Assembly: GCF_009914755.1 (NCBI RefSeq)
Contig: NC_060936.1
DNA from: the human T2T-CHM13v2.0 reference genome, Homo sapiens
Reading direction: 5' to 3' (one strand)
DNA: 64,000 bases
Shown here: positions 25,028-37,890 of the stretch, one piece after another
Numbering within the stretch: position 1 is the stretch's first letter
Layout of the letters: each line of letters opens with the position of its first letter
The notes under the pieces: model-generated
Told to the model about the DNA's origin: nothing
What the model saw: only the letters and a program-made list of their open reading frames with translations
Database searches by the model: none
Translations under genes and position numbers: made by a program

Positions 25028-26898
25028 TTTTTCTTACAGCACTTTGATTATCCCACTTCCTCCTGGTCTGGAAGGTTTCTGCTGAGAAGTCTGCTGATAG
25101 CCTATGGTTTCTTTATTTGTGATGAATCTCTTTCTTCTTGCTGCATTCAAAATTTCCTTTTTGTCCTTGACTTCTGACAATTTGACTGTAATTTGTCTTG
25201 CAGTGTTCTTCTTTGCATTAATACTGCTTTGAGTCCTTTGAGTGTCACAAAATCTGGATGTTTAGATTCCTCCCAAGAGTTGTGAAGTTTTCAGTCATTA
25301 TTTATTTAAATAAGCTTTCTGTGTTTTTCTTCCTTTTCCTGCTGGAACTCCCAAAATTCATATATTTGTATGCTTGATGATGTTCCATAGGTCCCTAAAC
25401 TTTTTTACTCCTTTTCATTCTTTTTTCTTTTTGTTCCTCTAATTGGCTAATTCCAAATTACCTGTTTTTGAGTTCTTAATTCTTTCTTCTTCAGATCAAT
25501 TCTGCTATTCAAGCTCTTTATTAAATTTTTCACTTCTGTCGTTGTGTTCTTCAGCTCTAGAATTTCTGTTTGGTTTGTTTTTATGGTTTCTAGTTCTTTG
25601 TTAAACTTTTCATTTTGTTCATTCATTGTTTGCCTAATTTTGTTTAGTTGTCTATCTGTCTTCTCTTGCGTCTTGTTGAGCTTCTTTAAGATGCTTATTT
25701 AAATTATTTTTCAGCTCATTTGTAGATCTCCTTTTCTTTGGGGTCAGTTACTAAAGCTTTATTAGTTTCCTTTTGTGGTGTCATGTTTGACTGGTTCTTT
25801 ATGATCTGTATGGCCTTGCATTGGTATCTGTATTTGAAGGAGCAAATGTCTTTTCCAGTTTTACAGACTGTTTTGGCAGGTAAAGACCTTCTGTCAGGTC
25901 CCTGGGATGATGAGATTGCCTCTGGGATTGTGGTTGAATCGGATTGGAGCTGGGTCATGTGGCCGCTGTTGGGTTTGCAGTGGAGTCTGTGGTTGGTGAG
26001 CCTCTTATCAGGACTGAATTTGGCATAATTCCTGTCTGGTCCTTGGGTGAACCAGACTGCCTCTGGGGCCTTGGCCAGTAGGACTGGTGCTAGAATGAAA
26101 GTCCACAGATGACACCAGGTGCACTGACAATGTAGCTTTCTTGGTTCCTGCAAGGGGTGTCACTGGGTCACTAGGTGAGTCCCTGGCCAAGCAGGACTGG
26201 CCCTGGACTATGGCTGAGAGGGGCTGGGGACTGAGTTACAGGGCTGAGTAAGGGGCCATAGCCAAGGCTGGGGTCTGCAGGCCTGCCTCTGGGGTTACTG
26301 ATGAGCATATCTATTGGTGGTTCCCTAGGTGGGCAGGACTACTCCCAAATGGTAGCTGAGAGGGCTTAAGCTGAATTACAGGCTCTTTTGGATCTGCTAT
26401 GGGACTGCAGTCAGCAGGCCTGCCTGCAGGGACACAGATGGGTGCATATCTCTTCCAGTCCCTGTATAGGCAGGATTGGTCTCAGACTGTAGCTGAGAGG
26501 GGCTGGAGCTTAAGGACAGGACCACTTCAGGGTCCTAGCTGGGACTGAGGTCGGCAGGTCTGTCATGCAAAACATTAGTAGGCATGACTGCATCTGGGTT
26601 CCTGGCAGATGGTTCTGGTGGCCAGATCAAGGCCAAATAAGGTTGCAGCTGAGTACACAAGAGAATGAGGCTTTTTCTAGGTCTGGAGCCAGGAACTCAC
26701 ACAGTTGGTGAGTCTGCCACCTGGGCATGGGTCTGCCCTTTCAAAGTGGTCCTCCTCAGTCATAGGTTCCGCCAGACTTTCACAACTTCCTACATGAATC
26801 CCAACACGAAGGTACTTTTGTTCATGGATGGCTGTGAAACTGTTATTGCTGTGGGGGAATAAAGGGGGATACCTCCTATTCCACCATCTTGTTGACAT
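25028..26898 (-). mobile_element. Old L1M 5' fragment (5'UTR and decayed ORF1)
   Basis: AAGGTTTCTGCTGAGAAGTCTGCTG (ORF1 antisense). Peptide MTPQKETNKALVTDPKEKEIYK resembles the L1M ORF1 N-terminus. The 5' end reads CAAGATGGTGGAATAGG on the minus strand. Confidence 0.8.
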
Positions 26899-27663
26899 TA
26901 TTGCTCTAAATTCTTTCTTGATTATCTTTAAATATCTTTTCTCAGCAGAAATTTCTCAAGAACATACCAGCTCTGAAGGACAGACTAGGAGATGTTTTTG
27001 TCACCAGTTCTGTCTTTTAGATATAAATTATTTTCCATTGGAAAAGCAAAATGTTCACCTGCTATAGCTGAGAAAATCCTTTAGTGTGGGCTGTCTCTAG
27101 CAGTGCAGTGTCACCTTGGCTAGGCTGCTGCCAACACCCACGGACCCCTGTTATTGCCATTCTCAGCAGCACATGTCCTACTTTTATTTAAATAGCATAA
27201 AGGTTGGAGCTGGAAAAGAGAACAATATCCAATTTGGCATTTGAAGCAAGTGTTATAAATATAGACTGTAGAGATCCTAGGAAGGAGTGAGGTTTGGTGG
27301 TCCTAGATGAGAAAGGAGATTAAAAACCACCTCATAATTGAGTGTTTGAGTTAGAAGGTACCATAGAGGTCACTAGTGCTACCCTCCCCCTCCTCACCTT
27401 AGAGATGAGGAAGCTGAAATCCAGCTTGATGACATGACTTGGTTAAGTTAGCACCAAATCTGCAACTAGAACTCAGGTCCCCTCACTTTTGGGACAATGC
27501 TATTTCTATTATATTCAACTCTGCTTTCTGTTTCTTTCAGACTTGGAAGTCAGTGATAGCACGCTGGTAGGATATTTTCCTGTAGATCTGGATTTTGTAA
27601 GACAGAAAAAATTCAGTTGCTGACATGAAGAAATTTGCTAAGACTTGTTGTTCCTATACTCAG

Positions 27664-28035
27664 TGTGATGGTTAATTTTATATGTCAACTTGGCTGGACT
27701 GCAGGTCCGAGATATGTGGTCAAACATTATTCTGGATGTTTCTGTGAGGGTGTTTTTGTATGAGATTAACATTTAAATCAGTGGAATTTGAGTAAAGCAG
27801 ATTGCCCTCTATAATGTGGTTGGGCCTCCTCCAATCAGTTGAAGGGCTGAATAGAACAAAAGATTGACTTCCCCTGAGCAAGAAGGCATTCTGCCAGCAG
27901 ATGGCTTTTGGACTTGAACTGCTGCTTTGGCATCTCACTGAGTCTCCAGTGTGATGGCTCACACTGCAGATTTTGGACTTGTCAGCCTCCATAATCATGT
28001 GAGCTGATTCCTTAAGATAAATCTTTTCTTATGTG

Positions 28036-28080
<45 letters not shown>

Positions 28081-28120
28081 CCTATTGGTTGTATTTCTCT
28101 GGAGCACTCTGACTAATATA
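27664..28120 (+). mobile_element. MLT2B-like ERVL solo LTR containing (CA)n at ~28038-28077
   Basis: TGTGATGGTTAATTTTATATGTCAACTTGG...CCTATTGGTT...GACTAATATA. TSD CTCAG/CTTAG. Confidence 0.9.
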
Positions 28121-28579
28121 CTTAGTGGAATATTTGTTTCTCTAATCCAGCATTTGGACCTTAAATATTTGTGCCCAGAACATCTTGTCTGATATTTTGG
28201 GTAATCATGTGCTATTATTTATTTCCTTTGTCCGCTGCAAACACAAAGAGGCTTCTCTTTTATTTTGGTATTAATAAAAGAAAATCTTTAACAATTATGT
28301 CAAGTTTGGGCAATTAGATTGTTTCTTCCTCAGTTATGGAGATTATTTCATAATAGAATCCTGAGTATCTTTATCAAATTCTGAGACCAGTGCTACTGCC
28401 TCTACCTATTGAAGGCTAAGATCGCTTTTTAGCTCAGATGCCAAAGATGGCAAAAAAGTAAGCAAACAACAACTCAGTTTTCATTCCTTTTCTAAAAAAT
28501 TGGTTGTTTTTGTTCTGTCCAGTCCTCCATCTTGCTTCCCCAAGGTACTCCCAGGTCCTTTGCATCCTCCTTTTTTGTA

Positions 28580-29087
28580 CTAGTTAGAGCACTTTCACTC
28601 ATGAATAAAGAATAGCCCAGCTCAACCTAGCTTAAGCCAAAATAGCATTTTATTTGCTTATGTAACAAAAAAGCCTGAGGAAAGATCTGGGATATAGGCG
28701 ACTACAGAATCTCAAGCATTGTCACAAAGACCTAGTCTTCCTCACCTCCCTGCTTGATTTTCCTTTGTTGCTTTCAGGCTAGGTTGCCATTAGCATTGGC
28801 AAAATACAGTCAATAACTTCTAGCTCACATCTTCTCCACTTAAGAGCATGGCAGAAAAGAGTGCTAACAAAACTCCTGGGCCTAACCCTTATTGGCCAAT
28901 TCGATTATCTGTCTGTCTATTACCAAATATACTGATTAGCTTACTACTGGATCATATGCCCACCTTCATACCTGAGTTTGGATTGTTCTCTATCAACCCA
29001 CATGTACAAAGAGTAAGGAAGAGGTGGTTTTCTCAAAAGAAAAGATAAATGGATGCCAGGTAAATACAATTAATAGTGTATACTACA
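28580..29087 (-). mobile_element. Old MLT1 (J/K-like) LTR
   Basis: CTAGCTTAAGCCAAAA...TTTATTTGCTTATGTAAC...GGATCATATGCCCACC...TACTACA. Confidence 0.6.
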
Positions 29088-29337
29088 TCATCCTTGTCCA
29101 ATTTGAACAAATTGTGTCTGGCAGGCGGGTAAGAGGCAGTGGAAAGGAAAACTAAGAAGCTCAGTCTTCAACAGTTCCACCTATGCTTCTGATAATAGGA
29201 GTCAGGAGATAGAGAAAGAGCACTGGTCTAGAGGGTCACCTCATAATTTTAGAAACAGATGATGTTTCCTGGAAGGCTTTAAAGTTCTAGAATGGAGGTT
29301 ATAGATATGTTTAGTCCCTCCTTACCTTGCAGTAGCA

Positions 29338-29644
<307 letters not shown>

Positions 29645-29927
29645 TTCATTGACTATTTTATTGTCAGCTCCAGGACCTTCACTTTCATTCCTTTTTGTGG
29701 TTTGTCACAGATTTCAGAGTTAAATACTAGAAGGTAATGCTCCATGATGAAAGGGGTTTTAGGCCTGTTACCAAATGCTTAAAAGAGTATTGGGCTGTTT
29801 GTAGACAGTCAAAAAATACTCATGGAATAAATGGTTGGGATGCACTGCATATGTTATTTTACATATGGCCTCAGCATGAATTGATAAAATGTCATGATAA
29901 TGAATTCTTTTTTATTCACAATACTTT

Positions 29928-30076
29928 ATATTTTATTTTATTTTATTTTTTATTTTTATAGAGATGAAGTCTCACTATGTCGCCCGGGCTTGTCTCAAAC
30001 TCCTGAGCTCAAGCTATCCTCCTGCCTCAGCCTTCCAAAGTGCTAGAATTATAGACGTGAGCCACTGTGCTCAGCC
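29928..30076 (-). mobile_element. FLAM / Alu left monomer
   Basis: Single arm with an (ATTTT)n tail. Degenerate TSD ACAATACTTT/ACATTACTTT. Confidence 0.85.
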
Positions 30077-30104
30077 TACATTACTTTTTATGATGAGATT
30101 CTTT

Positions 30105-30290
30105 ATGGTTGACTGTTTAAAAATTAAACTTTTAATTTTGAAATAGTTGCAGACTTACCTGAAGTTATAAGGAATAATACAGAGAGAGCTCGTGTAGTTT
30201 TTACCCTGTTTCCCCCAATGGTCAAATCTTGCAAAACTCTAGTATAATATCACAACTAGGACCTTGAAATGCTGACATTGATGCAGTCAA
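30105..30290 (-). mobile_element. L1MC 3' fragment
   Basis: TTTTAATTTTGAAATA...CCCTGTTTCCCCCAATGGT...ATCTTGCAAAACT...TACAATATCACAAC-like motifs. Confidence 0.65.
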
Positions 30291-30777
30291 TCTGGATGAC
30301 TTTTTAAAGATTTTTTTTTTGTGGTTGTGGTAATCGTTTATGGCCACAATTTCTTCTATCCAAAGTGCATGCTCTTTGGCAATGTAACTTTGCTGTTTCT
30401 GTAATTTAGAGGCGGAATCTTTTGTTTTATTTCTTTAAATTTGGGCCAGATTTGTTTTGCTTTGACCAGTAGAATTTGGTAAAAGTTATGTTGTGTCCCA
30501 TAGTCTAGGCTTCAAAAGGCCAGATACATTTTACCTCCTCCCTTGGTATGTTTTCCTGAGATCCTCTTGTACGGAAGACTGTCTAGTCACTGGAAGATGA
30601 GAGACCATGTGGAGAACCCAGCCAACAGCTAGAACCAACTGCCAGACATGTGAGTGAGGCCATCTTGCACCTCCCAGCCAGCTGACTGCCTTGCTGATGC
30701 ATGAATAAGCCCAGGCAAAACTAGCAGAGGAACTGCTGAGTCAAAACCCACAGAATTGTAAGAAAGAATAAATCACT

Positions 30778-31081
<304 letters not shown>

Positions 31082-31135
31082 TTAAACCATTAAATTTTTT
31101 TGCCAATCACCACTAAAAATTCCATTTGTATATAT

Positions 31136-31244
31136 CCAAATTCAGAAGCAAACAGAGGGTAAAGTGGTGTGCTACTGTGACTGCAGTCTAACTAATTTGA
31201 ATCTATTAGCCCTCCATCATTTCTATGTCAGCATAGCCTTACCA
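31136..31244 (+). repeat. 109-bp direct copy of 32881-32989
   Basis: Ungapped hand alignment, 100/109 identical. Confidence 0.95.
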
Positions 31245-32039
31245 TTAATTTTTAGAATACTTGTTATATTGCAGAGGGTAACTGTGACAGCAGTGTCTCA
31301 CACTGAGAATCTTTAGGTATAAAGACTCAGGTTTTGTTCTTGGATTTTGATATGGTGACGAGCAGGTAAGGATTGACTATGTATAGTTTGAATTTTTTTT
31401 CCCTTAAATACATAACCTGTCAGTTGATTTCATCTTATTATGCTTCGACTCAGCTATATATCAAGAAAATCCGATGAATGCCAGCCTTCATATCTCTCTT
31501 ATTAGCATGTGGAATTTTTAGTGATAATTGGCAAAGAAATATAATGGTTTCATGTAGATACAGACTCAGACTCTGTTTTTTAGGTTAATATTTATGTAGA
31601 CTTAAATCTAGTGAAACAAATGTTTCAGTGGAAAAATCCACATTATCATATTTTAAGATAAGAATGGAAATCTAGAGTTCAGGCTCAAGATGGCAATTCA
31701 AAGACTCTTTACATTTTCTGAAAACCATTCAGTAGCTATCATTTTGATTTTTATGTTGATTCTAATATTAACACCAATGGTAAGTCTTTAACAAGATATG
31801 TTCTGAAAGGGTACAATGTTTCAGAAATCCCAGGAAAATATCTGGACGTGCAGAGATTTCTGTAGGTAGTAAAGATATGAATGAGCTTATATTTACTGAC
31901 CCTTTACAATGTTTTTTTTCTCAGAGATATTAAAGATTCATCAAAAATACCAATGGGTAGATCTTACTTTAAATAATGGTTAGGAAATCTATCTTTAAAG
32001 TTAGATTCTCAGGGTAAAAATCTAATTATATTATTTAGA

Positions 32040-32200
32040 CTGTAGGACCCTTGGCAGACTGCTGAATCTCCTTGTGCCTTAGTCCCTACATTTATAAAAT
32101 AGGGGCAAAAATAATACTGTGTAAGGCTTTTTATGAGGATTAAATGAGAAAATGTACAATTTATACCACATAATAATTATTCAAATGTTACTTAATGCTA
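32040..32200 (+). mobile_element. MIR fragment
   Basis: GTGCCTTAGTCCCTACATTTATAAAATAGGG...TGAGGATTAAATGAGA. Confidence 0.65.
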
Positions 32201-34667
32201 TGCCCCCTCGTTACTTCTCAGATTGCAGCTATTATTGCACTTTATATTCCTGTTTTGGCCACTAATATGAACTGTCTTATTCCTAGCTTCTTGTTATAAC
32301 TTTAGTACTCCGAACACTTAACGAAAAGCCAACAACTTGTCTAGTTTAAGCTTTTGTTACCATTAATAAATGTTTACTAGAAGGTCAGCAAAGTGTAGCA
32401 TGAGAGAAGCTCCCACTGGGTCCAACCCAATCACTGTGGTGTGTTTGCTGTTGTCATAGTTATTTATCTTCTGTGGACATCCCTTCTACTTCCTCTGAGG
32501 GAGAAGATAGAGAAATAAAGGTTTCTGAAAATTGCTGCTTGCTAGTCCCTTTGGGATCAGGTGAAGAATAGGACCCTTGAAATGAAAATGACCTCTCTTT
32601 CTCCTGGCTGTACTTACCTCTCCAAGACATATTTGTGATCAGGACCCAGTCATTCTACCAAAGTGAAAGGCTTGTTTCCATTTATTAAATCATTAGCTGG
32701 GTCATTGACCCCCTCACATATATGGCAGGGTTATGTCAATCTGAAAATTGATGAAAGCTAAGTCCTTAACAAGATCCCTCATACTTTCCTCTGAATAGCT
32801 GTGATTCATTTTGGCTGCTAAATTCATTAGAAGGCATATTCTGGGTCTTCTGGATGCAAATAAAGCTGCATGCGATGTACCCAAATTCAGAAGTAAATGA
32901 AGGGTAAAGTGATGTGCTAGTGTGACTGCAGTCTGACTAATTTGAATCTATTTGCCCTCCATCATTTCTGTGTCAGCATAGCCTTACCAAAGTGGATTCT
33001 GTGAAGCTGATTGAATCACAGCATCTAGAAGCCTAATAAATTAGCTGCTGAAATGTAAATACTGACCTGGGGAATTTTGCATGGCTAATGAAGTTCGAAG
33101 TGCATGATTACATTATACCACTTTACCAAAACAGCCAATAAATGTTTACAAATCCATTTGATCTACTCAGGTCGTCTGCTCGAAATATAGGTGGGGTGAT
33201 TATATTTCAATAATAACTTAGTTCTTCTAAGGAGAACAGCATGAAAGGAATGAAGCAGTAGACACAGAGTGAGTGGCTGCTTTGAGTCTTGGTTTCAAGG
33301 ATGGCTGATGTACAATCCTTTCAAAGTTTTCTGTTTGGTGATTACAGTATCAACTCTAAGAACAAGAAGCTTTCTGCCAATAAGTCACGCAAATAGTTTT
33401 GGTTCTGGAAGGAAATTGAGGGGTGAGTGGAGAAAAGAGAACACAAATGCTTTGTGCTATGAATGCTGTATCTTTCCATCTGAAATCTGTAAATACAATA
33501 TAGATTTTCCTGGCATTGCATTCGATTTGGCAGATCCTTCATTCCATTGATCTTGAAGGTAATAATATTTATCATAGTGTAATCCTTTAGTAGAAGCAAA
33601 AATGCTTCTGACTGAAGAGACATTCCAATTATTCATGTCCCTTTGTTATTGTGCTATTATCTTTATGTTTATTTTGTTTGACTGTTTTGGTAAAGACAGA
33701 ACAGGCTGAGAAAAACATGAATTTGAAATGGTACAGCGTGGGTACCCTGGAAAATAGTAAATGCATGTATAATTTTTCACTTTGAATTAGAGGCAAAGTT
33801 CCTTTCTAAATCCAAAACATAATTAATTATAAAGGTAGCCTATTTTGTTTAGATCATTTAAAATTTCAAAGTGTGTTGTTAAATACATAGATTCTTTCTT
33901 TTTGCCTCTTCCTGTCTGAATCTTTGCTTAAAGCAAGGGCCTCTCGATGGAACACAGGGAATCTTTAGAAAGCAGTAATTAAGCAAAATGAACACAATTG
34001 GGAGTGTAGAGACTTGGTGCAAATTATGCTTTTCATAGCCCTCAGATATATTTAGGTATCTGGACAAGCTAAATTCACATCCCAGTGCTACACAGTGTGT
34101 GGGTGCCCTCCTACTCTGCTGCCCTTCAGATAATAGCAGGGCTTAGAGTAGGGCATTAGGAGGGTGACAGAGGGACATGCTTAAACCTATAGTCACCTCA
34201 GAGGAGCTTTCTTTCAAGCCAGACTGGTTCAGTCATACAAAGACTCTCCACACGTGGCAGAGGGATTTGGCTCCAGGACACAGAGAAATGCCAGGAATTC
34301 GATAGGTTCATTGAATACTCAAATAACTTGATTGTCTTAGATGACCTAAACCCATAGGCCTGAGTCTGCTGGGCCACCTGATTCCATATCCCAGCTTGAC
34401 GCTAACCTTAACCCTAAATTTGGTTATTTATGGCATTAAGTTCCAATCTTATACTTTAACTAGTTCAGCTGATAATAGCCAGCTTATGGGTTACCAAAAA
34501 ATATATATGGAGCTAGGACATCTTGGCAAAAGCTTTGGGAGTTTAAGGGGAGGAGAAGGGGAGCAACTCTGGGGAATCACTGACAATATACAACTTTCTA
34601 ACCTATAACTGTTAAAATATGCCCCTGTGAAGATGAACATGAGGCTGAGAAATTAGGCAGATCCCAG

Positions 34668-35033
34668 TGTATCATGAATAGTCGTGGATGCACCATCTAG
34701 ATTACCTTTCAAGGAAGGGCTTGTTGCCCCAGTTGGTGGGAGTGCTCTCAGAAGACACCTTGGAGGCATTGTCACAGCAGCAGAGAACCACCTGCTCACC
34801 GAAGGCCATATTCTTGGGCAGCCCGTATCCAATGGCTTAACTAGGCTTGGCCATTTTGGCCAAACACAGGACAACTAACAATCCTTGCTTGCTTCACATC
34901 TTCCTCTGACATTGACTTGCTTTGCAGTGTGACTTCTTTTTCTACTCAATCCTACTTCCTTCTTCCCAAAAGCACACCCTGTGCATGAAATTCCATCTCA
35001 GAGTCAGCGTCCCAGAGAGCCCAGTCTGAGACA
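34668..35033 (+). mobile_element. LTR16A-like ERVL LTR
   Basis: GTGGATGCACC near the start. Terminal TCCATCTCAGAGTC...CCCAGAGAGCCCAGTCTGAGACA. Confidence 0.65.
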
Positions 35034-35579
35034 CAATTTGAACAATTAGGTCTCATTTGGAAATGCAGCTAAAATTTAGTGAGTTAGGATAAAAGTGTCT
35101 TGGTTTGAAAAGTAAAGAAGGAGATTAAAATCCTTAAAATCCTTTGCCAAGCTAGCTATGTTAGATCCGATATTTAGGACATTGTATCCTAAGGAAGTAT
35201 CATATTAAAATATCACTAAATAATTATTATTTCAATGAATTCATTGGAAAGTCTGCCACTTAAAAGACTATTAGGAGACAGAGTTAATAAGGCCCTAACC
35301 AGGTCACAGGGAAAGGAGACCAGTATGGCATAAGGGAGCTAGGTATCAATAGCAGTAGTCATAAAAGATACGACTTACAGCATCCCTTGCTGAAGACCCT
35401 GTTATACAATTTTCATTTACTGTGAATCCTGTGGTAGGATTCTCTGTGGTTGCTCTTAGAGTCATGAGGAATAGAGGCATCTATTTTTCTGTGTTTCCAC
35501 AGTCCTCATTCCTTTATTAAAGGAATATTATTTGCAAGCTGGCCTTCCCCATTACAGTATAAGTTCTTTAAGGGCAAAT

Positions 35580-36050
35580 GGTCTTAGTTTGGGTTGCCGT
35601 GAAAGCAGACAGTGAAACAAAAATTGGAATGCAAGTAATTTCTTTTCCTTTTTCAAGGGGAGAAATACAGAAAATACTGACAGGGATGTAGAAAATAATA
35701 GTGCAAGGGAGAGGAGGCCAATAAATTGTCCATTATTAAGATGGTAATACTGAGCCGCTCCTGTGTCTCAGCATTCTGCCTCTCCAGTGTCAAAGAAATT
35801 AGAGTGTTTCCATACCCACTCCAATTAATCATTGCTTGAGAGCTGTAGAAGGCAAGGTATAGGAGGCTGAAGAGGCATAGGGAGGTGGTAATTCTCTGTG
35901 ACTTCTGACCTCCATTGTCTGGAGGAGTGGTTTTCTGGAAGAATTATTCAAGCTCAGAGATGCAGATACTAGCAGATGGAAATTGACACACACCAAATCG
36001 GTGAAGTCTGAAATATATGGGTGTGGGGAGATAAGCTTACAATGGGTGTT
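35580..36050 (-). mobile_element. LTR33-like ERVL LTR
   Basis: GTCTTAGTTTGGGTT...AAAGCAGAC...TGCAAGTAATTT. Confidence 0.5.
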
Positions 36051-37429
36051 CAAGCATAAATTTTATTATTTACTCTTATATTTCCCTTTACCTGCACTGG
36101 GCCTGGTCCATAGCATTTGCTCAGTCGCTATTTATTAAACGCCTTAAAAATGAGACCAAGCTCAACTATGTGGTCCTTCCATGTGAGGGTCCGAGACTCT
36201 CAGCAGAGGAGAGAAGATGCATGTGTGTGGCTTGGGTCATCTCTTGCTTCTGAAAGAGAGAATAGAGAGGGTAAAGCACACTTAGACTCAGTTCTTAAAG
36301 ATTAGTGTAATACTTGGTTTCCTTGATAAGCTCTAAATTAAAGTTAGAAATTGCCTAGTGCAATTCACAAAGGTGCGTACACAAGAAGGGAGAAAAAAAA
36401 TTCTGATTACAGTTTTATTTGCTGACACTCCTTAACAATTTATGTTCAAGTGCTATTTTGCTAATTAATGGCTGCTCAAGAAATGCCATGTGTCAGCAAC
36501 GAGTCACTTACTTTTGTTGCTCTTCATTGGTATATGGATAATGAACAAGGACAAGTCACATAATTAAAGCTGAAAATAGCCTGGCTGTGGGACAGAGGCC
36601 TGTTAATAAGAAAAAGATATATTTTCCAGTATCCATGCCACACTATTAACAGTTAAACAAGTGAAAAACACAAGAGGGGACTTTATTGACATATGTAACT
36701 CAATAGCCAAGGACTTGGAACAGTGGGTAGAACTAGCTTCAGGGACATTTTGAACCAAGAAGTAGAGCATCCATATTTCCACTTCACATCTCTCATCTTT
36801 GCCTCTCTCTGTGCTCCCTTTATTTTCTCATGCTAGCTTTTCCATAGAGTTGGGACCATGGCTGTTAGCAGCTCCACGCTCACACTAATGCAGCTCAATG
36901 ACAGAGAGGAGAGGGCTTTTCTTCTCCATCAAGTGTGAAGTACTTCAAGGAGGGACTAACCAGCTGTGAGAGTCAGATAGCCAAGGAAGTGGGCCTCAGA
37001 CTTTAGAGCTACCATGTTTGAGGGAACATTTTGCAGAAGGGGAAGATGCTGTCAAACAGTATCAGCAGCAGTACAAGGAAGTACATGGTTAAAATTCTGG
37101 GTGAACAGTCTGCATTAAAGCTGCCATTGTAACTCAGAGAAGGTGTGGGGCATGGCTCAAGTGGTTGGGGAGGTGGGACTGGAACAGGAATTTGATTAAC
37201 GGAGAGATCACAGAGAAAAGAGCATTTCAGATAAGTGATGCTAAGTGAATAAGGCATGGATTCAGGATTAAATGCAGGGCAATGGGAAGAGTGGTCTAGC
37301 CAGAGCAGAGCTGGTCTGTGTTTGGGAGTAGAAAGAAAGTGGAGGAAAAGTAAGATTATGGACAGCTGTGAATGCCAAGCATGGAAATCACAATAGAATT
37401 TTCAGCCAGAGAATAATATAATAATGGTA

Positions 37430-37890
37430 ATAATAACAAATACAACACTCCGGGTCAGGAATTATTTGAAGTGCTTTATATAATATTATCTCATTTAGTC
37501 CTTACAATAAGTCCATAATTACAATTATTATTATCTTACAGAAGAGAAACTGAGGCACAAGTGTTATGTGGTCAAGATCATACAGCTAATAGGTGGCAGT
37601 CTGACTCCAAGTCTGTGCTTTTCACTGCTGTGCTATGCCACTAAAGGTAATACATCTTAAAGTTTAATAACACCTGATATGTGTATAATGTTTTACACAC
37701 AACAAAATACTTTATTTCATTTGAGCTTTGTAACAATCCCCTGAATTTAGTAGAGCAGTTATTTATTTCTATCTTTATTTTATTTTTGAAACCATTCAAA
37801 TATACCTCTCTCTTCCTAGGCAATTTTCCTACATTCATATGGCTGGAAAGTGGTTGAGATCAGACTAGAGTTAAGAGCTCTTGAGTCATG
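37430..37890 (-). mobile_element. Two adjacent MIR copies
   Basis: TATCTCATTTAGTCCTTACAA...ACAGAAGAGAAACTGAGGCACA, then TATTTCATTTGAGCTTTGTAACAATCCC. Confidence 0.6.

Noticed and set aside
25716-26153. Longest ORF (145 aa)
   Set aside because: Lies in a decayed L1M 5'UTR/ORF1 start.
27520-27602. Polypyrimidine-CAG acceptor with a downstream GTAAGA
   Set aside because: Weak donor context and no supporting frame; cannot be supported without transcript data.
27893-27907. CTCF-like CCAGCAGATGGC inside the MLT2 LTR
   Set aside because: Single partial motif match with no other support.
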